From positions 1 to 53,983 of IMG/VR virus record IMGVR_UViG_3300038315_000612: a stretch of 53,983 nucleotides of DNA. One strand, written 5' to 3'. The stretch comes from a virus (taxonomy: Duplodnaviria; Caudoviricetes). Positions 1 to 10,427 of this stretch are shown here, piece by piece. Both the position numbers and the translations under genes were made by a program. The notes beneath the pieces were generated by a model. It saw only the letters and a program-made list of their open reading frames with translations. It was not told where the DNA came from and did no database searches. The first letter of the stretch is position 1; each line of letters opens with the position of its first letter.

Positions 1-206
1 GCAGAGTCCCACGTAAGAAACATTGTAATGCTTGCCGCAGAAGAGATGCTGGATAGCTCAAACTCAATGTGGGAAAGCGTTCCCTTTCTTGGAAAAGACT
101 CCGAAGAAGACTCATTGGTTGTGTCTGCCTGTCCAGTGGCTACTGCGTAGCTAGTACTAAGACCGCTTCCAAAGGTAGCGTAAGAGAATCCATGTGGCTG
201 TGGCAT
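1..206 (-). CDS. 5' part of a 134-aa putative virion protein spanning the circular junction (continues at 53976..53778)
   Basis: ATG at 206 with GAGG SD. Reads MPQPHGFSYATFGSG...MFLTWDSA open to base 1 and joins in frame via the 7-nt terminal overlap to DSAGDRPLTP...VFWTK*. Confidence 0.8.
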   Translation of the reverse strand, partial: MPQPHGFSYATFGSGLSTSYAVATGQADTTNESSSESFPRKGTLSHIEFELSSISSAASITMFLTWDS

Positions 207-246
207 GTCGTGTCCTCAATAAGTGCTTGGTGTCAATCTACCGACC

Positions 247-3200
247 TTATTTTGGTAGGTACTGTCGTTCCATAGTCTTCATTGCGTCCAGTGCATCAAG
301 TTGCTTCTTATACATGTCTTCAATTCTCCACTTGTATAGTTGCCTTCTTACATGAGGATGCTGCTGAACAATTCTAATACCAGTTAGCGCATCCAAAAGA
401 CGAATCCCATAAGGAATCTTGTCGTACTCCCCAATGGCCGCTTCTTCTGGAGTGGCAATAGTGGACATCATAAATGCATCAGAAACAGCAGATGCATCCC
501 TAACTCCTCTTATGTGCGGTATGTTTGAAAACATCCAGTTCTTTAGTGGAGTGACACTACTGTGTTGGTATGGATTGCCATACTTATCCAACTTCCAGAG
601 TACGGAATGACCGGTAATCTCTTTAAGAGCATCACCTACTGGAGGGCTCAACCTGTTCGCCCCAGCAATCATTTGCCCAATAAGCTTTCCATTATTTAGC
701 TCTCTGAGAGGAACACCATAGTGAGCGTGCTTCTGCGTTATGAGTTCAAGGCCCGCCTTTATGGCCCAGTGAAGCTGACCGACCATCCTAAACTTGGTCT
801 CATCACTATAGGCTCCCTGTCCATTATCCTTCAGCCAAGCATAAGCTCCTGGTATCTCCGCAAACATGGATAGCGTGTCCGCAAACGGCTCTAGTGGCAA
901 CCCAAGACCCTCTAAGTAAACGCCAGGTTTTCCAGGAAGAACGGTCTTACCAAAAATCTCAACTTTAGGCATCGGAATGCGAATGTAAGACATCGTGTGT
1001 GGATCACGAAGCACAAGATTCTTCTTCAAATACTCTGGGTCTCTATAGTACGAGCCTTCTTCGTACTGGGAAGCAGCCATTGCTTCTGGAAGCTGAAATA
1101 TGAATGTCTGACCAAACTTAGAGTAAAACGCTGGAGATTTGTGCATCATCTCTAGCTGAAGATGTACGTTCTTTTGATTCCATGTGAAGAAGGTGAATAT
1201 AGTTCTCAGCCACTTCTTTTGAATATGAGTCAGATCGTTATAGTCAAATAAGAACTTCGCTACATGATCTGCTGATTCTCTTACTGAACCACCCCTCTTC
1301 ATATTTCCAATGAAGTTGGTAACTCTTGCCTGGTTCTCTACCCCCCTGGCTATCCAGGCACCCACCTTTTTAGGAACAACAACGGGCACCCCACCAGTCA
1401 TTGACATTGTTAAAGCAACATATCCAACATCTTCAATAATCGACAAGATATTCTTTGCACCCTGTGCGGCACCATCCCAATTGCCATTCAAGAATCCCTT
1501 GGTCATAATTTCTGCAAGACCAGTCTCAAATGTATCTAGATCTACATAGTTTCTATATGCAGGTGTAACCACACCGTTTGTTTCTAGTATATTAAGCGCA
1601 TCATCAACAGACCTGGTAACACCATCACCAAGATCAACTCCATTCTTTAGAAGGTCGTCCATACCGGTGAGCTTCCACCGGATGCCACGCTGAATATCCT
1701 TTGCCTTTTGGGCTAAGCCAAACAAAGCTGGATCTTTTATAATCTTGTGTGCTGGAACAGCATGAAGAATCTCTTCTAGTTTCTTTTCGGCACCCACAAC
1801 ATCTGTCAGCCCGCCATGTGCAGAGTGGGCAGCAGCGAATGAGCCGTATTCAGAAGAGAATGAGGCAGCTTCAGCCAACCTTGTGGCCAAGATGTTTGTA
1901 GAAGGATCAAGAGCACCACCAACACCAAGGTCAAGGATGTTGCTCATGGTGTTTGATAGTGCATTTCTGGTGCTGAACGCAATAGCTAGAACAGTAACCC
2001 TGGTCTTGAAAAAGTTGTTGAGCTTGTCGAGCGTCTGTCCAAACCTGCCCTTCATCATGGTTTCGCCAATACCCAAAACCCTCTTCATAGACTCTCTGAC
2101 AACAAGTGGAATGTAGAGAGCCCACGGCTCAGATCCCTCTCCATAGAACAAGGAAAGATCTTCACCCTTTACTTTGTATGGAGCATCTCTAATGAGGCCG
2201 CGACCTGAAATCTCATCATTAAACTTTTTAGCTACAATGTCCCATGTGTCACGAATAACCTTTGCTTCCTGCTCAGCGCTAAGGTCTGTAAAGTCAACCC
2301 TTCTAAGCTCTTCATCAAAGATCTTCTTTGGGTCAAACAACTCGTCCGCTACTGGGGTTTTTAGATGCTCCAACCACTGTTCTTTTCTTATATTTACAAT
2401 GCCCTTCTCAACTAAGTTGATTCTCCCCATATCCTTGGCGTCTTGCATCCAATTAGCGAATATGTCTGGCTCTCTTTTCCCATAGCTAAACACCTCTTCT
2501 AGCTGCTTAACTTCTCCAAGATCTACACCAGCGTTGGTCCAGGCAGCCTTGTCTCCGGTGAAGAGAATTTCCTGCGTTAATTCTCTCTTGATGCTCCCAC
2601 GCTCAAACAAAGGCACAAGTTGGCGTCTGGCAGCCTCCTCTGCTGCGCTCCCACCGGGAGGAGCCTCCACCTTTTGGATCACCTTTCCTCTCATCATTGC
2701 AACAATAAAGTCTTCAGCGGTCATAGCCCGCGCACTCTGCATATACCTTGCAATCAATGCAACAGGATCTAAAACAAAATGAAGCGAAGTATCACTACTT
2801 TCTTTTAATGTATTGATTTCTAATATTGTTCCGTCTATTGTTCGCTTTGTTTTTGAATCCATCGCTGTTGAATAACGAGCATCCATTGTGTTCATTGGTG
2901 GTATTGCTTCAACTTCACTTGCCCAACCAGACAACACAGCGGCAGATAGCTTTCCACTCCACACTGTTCTTTTCTGCTCAAGAATATGTGGAACGAACTC
3001 TATTACGCCCCATTCTCTCATCATATCCAATGGCTTCTTGGTCCATGTTGCGCCACGATCAACGTATGCTTCTTCGTACCTCTTAATCAAAGCACGCATT
3101 TGCACTACAGCATGCTGCAAGTCTTCTGGTACTTCACCAAGGCGCCTGCCAAGGAAGTCTGGAAGGGTATCTGCATACTTCTTCTGCCACTTCTGAAGTT

Positions 3201-6200
3201 CAGATGGTGCAGTTGGGGACATACGCAAAGCTGTAAATGCAGCAAATAGGGTGTCTTCTTCATTAAGGGGTTTAGTTAGCTCCATGAAGCTGATGTGAAG
3301 CTCTTTCTCCCATGACTCCATGGCTCTATATGGAAGGTTCTTTGTGCCTCCAGCTTCAGTCCTTACCTGCAAAGGTTGTGGATGACCTGGGTAGTAGATG
3401 CCAGGCTCATCTCTTTTTAGAGCCTCTTCGATAACCTCTCTTTCGGCCTTCAATATAGCCGTATCTGTCTTGGCCTTTGTTCTCACGGCAGAAAGCTTCT
3501 CTGCCGTCTCTGCTTTGACCACAGCCTGACGGCTCTTGGCAGCATCCATCAGTTCCTTTCTGGCCACTCTTACAGCCTCAAGAGCCCTCTGCCCCCCCGT
3601 CATGGATAGGCGAGGCCCAAGAGCCTTTAGAGAGTCTAAAATCTGAGCTTTAGTTACCTTTGGCGGAACAACCATTCCAGCCTTCTCGGCAGCATCTACA
3701 AGCTCACTCTTGGTGTTCCTCATGCTCCATGGGAACCCCGTCTTGGTGGGCGGGCCACCAGGGGGCATAGAGGCAAGAGCACGAAACTCACCAGCAGGCA
3801 ATGATTCCGCTGGGCCAGTCATCATAGACTCAAGGAACTTCTCAGACTCTCTTGCCATCTTGGCTTCCGCAGCAGCGAGACCCTTTTCAGCAAGAGGAAA
3901 TTTAAGATGTAAATCAAGAGCATCTAGATACTCGGACCACCTTGCAGCAGCCCTTGCCTCATCTTCTGAAGTAATCTTGATGACATCCCTCAAGGGGGAG
4001 TCTCGTACTTGATCAAGGTACTTACCCTTCATGAAGTCCATGTAGGTTTTTCTAGCAACGTCTCGACCAAGAATCGTCTTCATCTGGTTGTAGTGGCCAG
4101 CAACAAGATCAGACAGTGCCCCAAGAGCACGCTGCCATGGCTTGGAGTATGGGACCTCTTCAGCCGCTGTACCCTTTACACGCAATCGGCTTGCCGCCTC
4201 TTGGATGGACAGGTCTTTCATCTTCTCTACGACCCATTCATCAAACGAAGAGAACCGGTATGTGCTCTGATCCTTTGCAAAATCAATACTAGACAGCGCA
4301 CCAGAGCGATCAAACGCCTCTGGGTTGGCCCGCATAAAGGCTTCGCGCTCTCGAGTGAACTGCTTGTATAGAGACTTAACCGTGTCGTCTGGAAGATACC
4401 GGCTCAGCGAGTGCCAAAGCTCATGTATTGTTGTGTCTACAAACCTGCCCTGGGCAATAGCAGAGTAGCTAATTCCTACAACATCTTCGCCAAACATGTA
4501 TAAGCCAAGAGGCTCATTAAGCATAAATCCAGTAGCAATCTTAGGCTCTATAGATAGAGCAATGTTCTGCAATCTGCTCGTTCCAACCATGGCAACGAAC
4601 TGCTTAAGCATATCGTATTCATAGTCTGGAATAGTCGCTACGCCGCTGTCGGTCTTCCAGGCCTTACCTAGAATATCCCTGGTTCTAAGGGTACGACGCA
4701 GTATCTGGCCCCTTCCACGCTTCCTGGCTGCTGCCCTCTCGTACCAAGTGGCACCCTCTGGCGTCTTAATGAAAGCACTAAAGTCTTCTGGTGTCGTAAG
4801 TCCAGCCGCCGGAAGATCGGGGGCACTGGTATCAACTCCAGCGAATAGATCATCAAGCGTAGTGTTGGGATCTATGTCCATTGTTGCGCGAGAAAAGTCT
4901 GCCCCCTCACCAGCACCAAACGTTTCGTACCCAGCACCCTTCTTGGGTAGACCAGGTGGCTGCCGAACAATGTCTAAAGTGGGGGGCTCTGGGGCTGGGA
5001 GCCCATTTCTTATGGCAGCACTCAACTCATAATAATAATCCTTAACCACTCTGCGCGCGAGCATTGCACGACTTGGTACCGGTGTGCTTAATTTATAGTC
5101 TATACCAGCATCATCTAAATGCTTTTGTGCATTTTTAAGATATTCTTTTTCCCCTTTAATCCAAAACTCTAACTTATACGCGCTCCCACCAGCGGCTTCG
5201 ACCATATCCGAAAACCGACCGGTAAGAATATCTTCAGCGGTAACACCAGATATTGAATGCTCTATCGCTAGCTCTCTAGCCTTAACAAACAGACTTTCTG
5301 AGTAGGAATACGCTAAGCCGATATCCCAAGAAACTTGAAAATTGCTTCCACCGTCAAGCTTTTTTAATTCATCAATATTATCGGCAAGAAACGTGGTAAG
5401 CCTGTGGAAATCTGCCGATATCCAGCCACCAAGAATCGCTTCGTCTGCACGTTGTTTTGCTTTTTCAATTGTATATTTATTGTCTGCATATAAACTTGGG
5501 GTGCCCAGGGAGCCAAAGCTCGTTTCCAAGTCCTTGAGAATATCTACGGCTTTTGCTGGGTCTTTTGGTAGACGCCTAAGCGTATCAGCGAAGGCAGCCA
5601 CAGTGGAGATGTCTGCCTCCCTTGCGAGGTCGCTAACAGCGTCAGAAGGGCCTTCTGATGGCATCTGGGCGAGGGTCTTGGGTGGAACTACAGGATCTGG
5701 CCCGGTAACCTCTACAACTTTTCTTTTTGGAATATTAAATGCAGCATAACCATCAAGTTTGCCACCACCGCTAGGGGTTATTGTAGTCTTTTGACTAACT
5801 TCAAGTGGATAGGTGCCAACCTCTGGTTCAGTTGTGAACTTAATCCTACCAAAAATCCTTCTTTGTGGAGCGGCAGCCTCTGCTGGCTTTGTTGGTAATG
5901 TTGGCAACCAACCAAACTCATCTGATTCGGCAATCGTAAATCCTAATCCGCGTTCCGTATCAAGAAGTTCTTCTGGAATCGGTCTTGGTGCTGGACCGTA
6001 TGGCCTAGGGCCAGCTTCGGTTGTGGCGACAGTCCGAACCATGCCTTTAGCCTGAAAATACCTGGTCGCCTCATAACTGGCTTCAATATCGGTATAGCCA
6101 GGAATTGGCTCGTCTCGAACAACAAATCTAATCTGGTCTAAGTAAAGATCTTCGGCGCCCCTAGCCTCAGAAGTGATTTGTTGTGGTTGGGCAATTCTTG

Positions 6201-9200
6201 TTGCTGGGCCTTCATCAACTACCCGACCCCACCAAGGATTAACCGTCCACGATCCCGTATGACTCCACATGTCTTCGACAAAGGACGGGGTCCCAAGCTT
6301 CTCGTCCCACTTTCGAGGGCTCTCTACATTCCATGATGGTCTAGGCCCCAAAGATGACTCGGAATGAACAGAAATGATGCGTACATCACGCGAAACATAA
6401 TATTCTAATTCTTCTAAAGATGGCGGTCTTGGGTCATACCAAACCCCAGCCCTTTCCATTACCTCTATTGGAACATCATCCATGTGCGGTGGCACATCAA
6501 CTTTTGGTGCTGGCTTTGCTGGTCCTGCCGGCCTCACAGGTGGGAAGCTAGTTAATAAAACTTCATCTCCAACAATAGATACACGTCTCTGTGTCTCTGA
6601 TGTTCCTGCCCACGCCTCAACTTCTTTTGCTGCATCCTCATCAATAAATATAGTTTGATCTGGATCTTTCTTTAGGTTCTTATCAACATCGGCAGTCTTT
6701 GTTCTTTTTGTCTTACCACCAACAAAATCATAATCACTGCCGCTATCAGTCTTAAACTTTATGGTTGGCTCTGCGACCTCTTCAACAGGCACAGCCGTAG
6801 GAGCAACAGGTTCCTTGCCTGCGGCAGACGGAAGGTCAACAACCTCCCCAACCTTTGGCTTGTACCTAGCTCCCCACGTCTCCACAAACCCATCTAAAGC
6901 GCGAGCGGCAGCAGGGTCGTCAGCTACAGGGATAATCTCACTTACAGCCTGACGAATCTTAGACTCTGCATCTTCTCTGCTGGTTGCAGTCTTAAGCAAC
7001 TGCTCAAAGTGCTGCGCAAGCAAGCCATCTTTAGTCAACAGACCAAGCTTAGGATCTTTTACTCCAAGCTTATCTAGGTTGCTTATAATGAAACTAAGCT
7101 CTGCCTGACGTGCCGCTTCTGCCTGGCGAAGCTGAAGAACAGCGCTCATGTACCGCTCTCTAGCCTTAGAAAACTGTCTTGTACTGACCACCTTAGGGTC
7201 AATACCAATGCTCTCCATAAGGGTTCTTATTTCTTTTGTGGTTCCAAGCGGCTTGCCAACACTGTCTACAAACTCACTCCACTTATCTTTACCAACTAAG
7301 ACATACGCCTCTGCAAGAGCCTTCTGAGCCTTGTCGTCTAAGACCTCAGACACAATGCCCTTAAGATTTGCCTTCTTGAACTCACCAGAGGCTGCTAGAG
7401 ACAGGGCTTTGATCTCTTCGTTTATAGACGCCTTGGTCTCATTGATTGCAGCCAGGATGGTTCTGCCTGGCCCAACCCTCTTTGCCTTCTCAAGATGCTT
7501 CCCGCCTTTTGCAACGCCCCCAGACACCATTCCCGCAATCGCTGCTATGGCTCTTTCACCAGCATTGGCCCCCCTAAAGCCCATGTAGTTTGCTGCATGG
7601 TAGAAAACATTATTTGCACGGTCCTCACCAACAATTCCATGTATAACTAGACGAATAAATTCTGAATGAGCCATGTCATTCCATGGCTTACCACTGTCTC
7701 TTCCTATGTTGATTCTATCTAGTGCATCAGCAAGTTTCTCTGGGGTAATGAGCTTGAGCATCTCCAGATAAGAGTCATTCTCAACTTTCTTAGCCTGGGC
7801 TATTGTTTGAATGGCTGCAAGAGATTCCTGCTTGCCAAGATCTACCTCACTTAGTGCTCGATTGATATCCTTTAGTGACTCGATAAAGATAGCCTCGTTT
7901 CCTGGATCACCAGTCATCCTGCGAGACATCTCTACGAGGGTTTGTACAACCTCTTCACGTTCTTTTCCTGTTCGTATACTAAATTCTTGAATGAGATCTT
8001 CTACAGAATCAACCCAAGACTTGCCTGTTTCTGGGTTGATTGCGACAAACTCTGGACGACTGGCTAGCCCACCATCCGGGCCCACATCAGCTTTAGTCTC
8101 AACAAGAGAACCAATCTCAAGCATTACATCATGAGCGCTGTACTCCTTACTTAGCCAACGCTGAGCCTCAGCCTTAGAGTTCTTTAGCATATTTAGCTTT
8201 ATTTCTAACTTATAAAGCTCATTAGGATCTGATTCTCTATTGATCCTTCTCTCTACCTTACCAATATTATCATCAATTATCTTGATGCTGTCTTGAGCCT
8301 TCTTCTTTCTCTGCTTTGCAACAAAGTGAGCCTGCTTTGCTATTACTCCAGCCTGTGTTGTAAGAAAGTCTTTCTGAGCGTTAATGGCACGAGAGTATCC
8401 AGTTAATGCTTCTTGGTACTTTCCCCATAGTTCAGGCTCAAGTCTATCCAGCCTAATAAACTGATTGGTTACCCCAAACTGGTCGTGCATTGCAAAGGTA
8501 AGGGGCTGCCACATCTTTGTGCCAAACACGTTGGCAAACCAGTCAATCTTACTGGCAGACCACCCAGCAAGCGCTGAGCCCTTCTCGTCAACAAGACCAT
8601 GAAACGTATAGTAAAACTTTTCTGCTGAACTAAGCTCGTCCTGCCAGCTTGCGCCCTTAGCGGCAGCGGCTTCCTTCTTTGCGACAATACCAGCCTTAGT
8701 TAGTGGTTTTACATAGTCCTTAGCGTCACCAATAACCCTCACCAGAGCCGGGGAGTTTGATGCAAGAGCGTCTGCATAGCCACCAAGCTGACCAGACTTA
8801 AAAACATAGTTTGTCTTTGTGCTGACTAGCGGAACGTGCCACGCAAGAGAGCCCTTCTCGGCTACCCAGCCAAGCCCAGCGGCCTCATCAGCAGTCACCC
8901 GAAGCAAGCGCTGTACGTCATCTAAACCACGCTTATATGCAGCAGCCTTCTTCCCTTGCCTTTTTGCCTCAGAAGCAAGAATCTTCTTTGCCTTCTTTGG
9001 CCCTTGTTTAGCAATAGCAAAATCTTTTTCAGCAGCAATAAGTAGCTTTTCATATCTTTGTATGTTTACTTTAGCGGAAGCAGCACTGCTAGTTCTACCA
9101 ATCACACTAGATACATCTGCAAGTTCAGCAAACTCCTCTAGTGCAGTACTGTATTCTGCTTTTCTTTTATCTAATACCTTCTTCGCTTCACCAATATGAT

Positions 9201-10425
9201 TAGTCAATGACTCATCAGTTTTGATGATGTTCCGCAGCCTATCAGCAGCATGCTTTGATTCGTTCGATTGTTTCGCAAGCGCGTCTGCGGCCATTGAGAA
9301 TGTTTCTCTTGCAGATGCCATCTCTTCTGGGCTTCCCCTGAAGAGATGCACAGCCATATCAAAGTAGCTGCTTACGCTTGTTGATTTAGCTACATCTGCG
9401 GTAACTCTCGCAGCCCTTGCAACATCACTGCTTAGGTCAAATACCTTTCCAAGGGTGCTGACAGTTCTGGTTCCAAGTGGCGCTCCCCACGCCCATAGAG
9501 GATCAATAGCAAGATCAATGGCAAGACCGTAAAGCATTCTTCCGGTATCTGTAGACAAATCCCTAAACACCTTCCTTGTTGCCCAGTGGTTGCTGCTTTC
9601 AGATATCTGCTTAGCTAGTTCTTTTGGAATGGTTGCATTGATCCAATCAACACCTTCTTGTGTTGAGATATATTGACCAAGACCAAGGTCAAAAAAGCGA
9701 CCTACTATAAAATGCCCATGTTCCCACTTTCGAATGTTGCCTAAATCATAGGCAAGCCCAGTGGCGAACCCACTGTACATGCTCTTGCCAAGCTGCTCGA
9801 ATAGCTCCATTGACTTTTCAGAGTCCTGAACAAACTCTGGTTTCATGGTCCTGTCACCAGTCATTAAATAATGACCTTCGCTCACCCAATCATTTTCCCA
9901 GAAACCAAGAAGATTTTTGGATATCTGGCCAGCCCACGACTCTAGTGCATCGCCAGCAGAACTAATGCCAGACGGGTGCTCACCCTCTTCTGTTGGATCT
10001 GGGTAAAAGCTGGCGAGCCCAGATATCGCACCTTTAGTCAGGCTTCCTGGGTACAGGAATGGCTCAATGACAGCCGTTAGGGTGTTCCAGCTTTTAGATA
10101 CAATGCTCTCTTCAAACTCCTCCTGACTTTCCAGCCTTCCAGTGAAGTCCCTTGTGTGTTGCTTTAGTATCTCATGCTGCCTTTTCTCCGCATCTGGGAG
10201 GTGAGCAACACTTCCTAGCATCTCTTTTGTTAGATCCCTGCTCCCAGGAACCCACTCCTCCCCAGCAGGACCCTGGATTGGAATTGGCGCCGTAACAGTA
10301 GAGTAAAGCTTTTGTGGAACCAAAGGTGCTGGCTTCTTAGCTTCAGATACAACATCATTTACAGATCTAGCTGAAGATGGCTCATCTGTAGATGGGGCAA
10401 TAGCGCCTGGTCTAGTTTCCGCCAT
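247..10425 (-). CDS. Giant (3392 aa) internal virion/ejection protein, polyvalent type, with zincin-like HExxH domain
   Basis: Last of three ORFs after the tail genes. IHELWH motif at 4411-4425 with downstream DEWVVE. C-terminal FLFDYNDLT..KKWLRTIFTFFTW resembles C-termini of large podophage virion proteins. Confidence 0.7.
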   Translation of the reverse strand: MAETRPGAIAPSTDEPSSARSVNDVVSEAKKPAPLVPQKLYSTVTAPIPIQGPAGEEWVPGSRDLTKEMLGSVAHLPDAEKRQHEILKQHTRDFTGRLESQEEFEESIVSKSWNTLTAVIEPFLYPGSLTKGAISGLASFYPDPTEEGEHPSGISSAGDALESWAGQISKNLLGFWENDWVSEGHYLMTGDRTMKPEFVQDSEKSMELFEQLGKSMYSGFATGLAYDLGNIRKWEHGHFIVGRFFDLGLGQYISTQEGVDWINATIPKELAKQISESSNHWATRKVFRDLSTDTGRMLYGLAIDLAIDPLWAWGAPLGTRTVSTLGKVFDLSSDVARAARVTADVAKSTSVSSYFDMAVHLFRGSPEEMASARETFSMAADALAKQSNESKHAADRLRNIIKTDESLTNHIGEAKKVLDKRKAEYSTALEEFAELADVSSVIGRTSSAASAKVNIQRYEKLLIAAEKDFAIAKQGPKKAKKILASEAKRQGKKAAAYKRGLDDVQRLLRVTADEAAGLGWVAEKGSLAWHVPLVSTKTNYVFKSGQLGGYADALASNSPALVRVIGDAKDYVKPLTKAGIVAKKEAAAAKGASWQDELSSAEKFYYTFHGLVDEKGSALAGWSASKIDWFANVFGTKMWQPLTFAMHDQFGVTNQFIRLDRLEPELWGKYQEALTGYSRAINAQKDFLTTQAGVIAKQAHFVAKQRKKKAQDSIKIIDDNIGKVERRINRESDPNELYKLEIKLNMLKNSKAEAQRWLSKEYSAHDVMLEIGSLVETKADVGPDGGLASRPEFVAINPETGKSWVDSVEDLIQEFSIRTGKEREEVVQTLVEMSRRMTGDPGNEAIFIESLKDINRALSEVDLGKQESLAAIQTIAQAKKVENDSYLEMLKLITPEKLADALDRINIGRDSGKPWNDMAHSEFIRLVIHGIVGEDRANNVFYHAANYMGFRGANAGERAIAAIAGMVSGGVAKGGKHLEKAKRVGPGRTILAAINETKASINEEIKALSLAASGEFKKANLKGIVSEVLDDKAQKALAEAYVLVGKDKWSEFVDSVGKPLGTTKEIRTLMESIGIDPKVVSTRQFSKARERYMSAVLQLRQAEAARQAELSFIISNLDKLGVKDPKLGLLTKDGLLAQHFEQLLKTATSREDAESKIRQAVSEIIPVADDPAAARALDGFVETWGARYKPKVGEVVDLPSAAGKEPVAPTAVPVEEVAEPTIKFKTDSGSDYDFVGGKTKRTKTADVDKNLKKDPDQTIFIDEDAAKEVEAWAGTSETQRRVSIVGDEVLLTSFPPVRPAGPAKPAPKVDVPPHMDDVPIEVMERAGVWYDPRPPSLEELEYYVSRDVRIISVHSESSLGPRPSWNVESPRKWDEKLGTPSFVEDMWSHTGSWTVNPWWGRVVDEGPATRIAQPQQITSEARGAEDLYLDQIRFVVRDEPIPGYTDIEASYEATRYFQAKGMVRTVATTEAGPRPYGPAPRPIPEELLDTERGLGFTIAESDEFGWLPTLPTKPAEAAAPQRRIFGRIKFTTEPEVGTYPLEVSQKTTITPSGGGKLDGYAAFNIPKRKVVEVTGPDPVVPPKTLAQMPSEGPSDAVSDLAREADISTVAAFADTLRRLPKDPAKAVDILKDLETSFGSLGTPSLYADNKYTIEKAKQRADEAILGGWISADFHRLTTFLADNIDELKKLDGGSNFQVSWDIGLAYSYSESLFVKARELAIEHSISGVTAEDILTGRFSDMVEAAGGSAYKLEFWIKGEKEYLKNAQKHLDDAGIDYKLSTPVPSRAMLARRVVKDYYYELSAAIRNGLPAPEPPTLDIVRQPPGLPKKGAGYETFGAGEGADFSRATMDIDPNTTLDDLFAGVDTSAPDLPAAGLTTPEDFSAFIKTPEGATWYERAAARKRGRGQILRRTLRTRDILGKAWKTDSGVATIPDYEYDMLKQFVAMVGTSRLQNIALSIEPKIATGFMLNEPLGLYMFGEDVVGISYSAIAQGRFVDTTIHELWHSLSRYLPDDTVKSLYKQFTREREAFMRANPEAFDRSGALSSIDFAKDQSTYRFSSFDEWVVEKMKDLSIQEAASRLRVKGTAAEEVPYSKPWQRALGALSDLVAGHYNQMKTILGRDVARKTYMDFMKGKYLDQVRDSPLRDVIKITSEDEARAAARWSEYLDALDLHLKFPLAEKGLAAAEAKMARESEKFLESMMTGPAESLPAGEFRALASMPPGGPPTKTGFPWSMRNTKSELVDAAEKAGMVVPPKVTKAQILDSLKALGPRLSMTGGQRALEAVRVARKELMDAAKSRQAVVKAETAEKLSAVRTKAKTDTAILKAEREVIEEALKRDEPGIYYPGHPQPLQVRTEAGGTKNLPYRAMESWEKELHISFMELTKPLNEEDTLFAAFTALRMSPTAPSELQKWQKKYADTLPDFLGRRLGEVPEDLQHAVVQMRALIKRYEEAYVDRGATWTKKPLDMMREWGVIEFVPHILEQKRTVWSGKLSAAVLSGWASEVEAIPPMNTMDARYSTAMDSKTKRTIDGTILEINTLKESSDTSLHFVLDPVALIARYMQSARAMTAEDFIVAMMRGKVIQKVEAPPGGSAAEEAARRQLVPLFERGSIKRELTQEILFTGDKAAWTNAGVDLGEVKQLEEVFSYGKREPDIFANWMQDAKDMGRINLVEKGIVNIRKEQWLEHLKTPVADELFDPKKIFDEELRRVDFTDLSAEQEAKVIRDTWDIVAKKFNDEISGRGLIRDAPYKVKGEDLSLFYGEGSEPWALYIPLVVRESMKRVLGIGETMMKGRFGQTLDKLNNFFKTRVTVLAIAFSTRNALSNTMSNILDLGVGGALDPSTNILATRLAEAASFSSEYGSFAAAHSAHGGLTDVVGAEKKLEEILHAVPAHKIIKDPALFGLAQKAKDIQRGIRWKLTGMDDLLKNGVDLGDGVTRSVDDALNILETNGVVTPAYRNYVDLDTFETGLAEIMTKGFLNGNWDGAAQGAKNILSIIEDVGYVALTMSMTGGVPVVVPKKVGAWIARGVENQARVTNFIGNMKRGGSVRESADHVAKFLFDYNDLTHIQKKWLRTIFTFFTWNQKNVHLQLEMMHKSPAFYSKFGQTFIFQLPEAMAASQYEEGSYYRDPEYLKKNLVLRDPHTMSYIRIPMPKVEIFGKTVLPGKPGVYLEGLGLPLEPFADTLSMFAEIPGAYAWLKDNGQGAYSDETKFRMVGQLHWAIKAGLELITQKHAHYGVPLRELNNGKLIGQMIAGANRLSPPVGDALKEITGHSVLWKLDKYGNPYQHSSVTPLKNWMFSNIPHIRGVRDASAVSDAFMMSTIATPEEAAIGEYDKIPYGIRLLDALTGIRIVQQHPHVRRQLYKWRIEDMYKKQLDALDAMKTMERQYLPK

Positions 10426-10427
10426 TG

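Noticed and set aside
247-10425. Tape measure protein or virion RNA polymerase for the giant ORF
   Set aside because: No tail tube, sheath or chaperone genes were recognised and no RNA polymerase catalytic motifs were seen. The adaptor/nozzle context favours an ejection protein.
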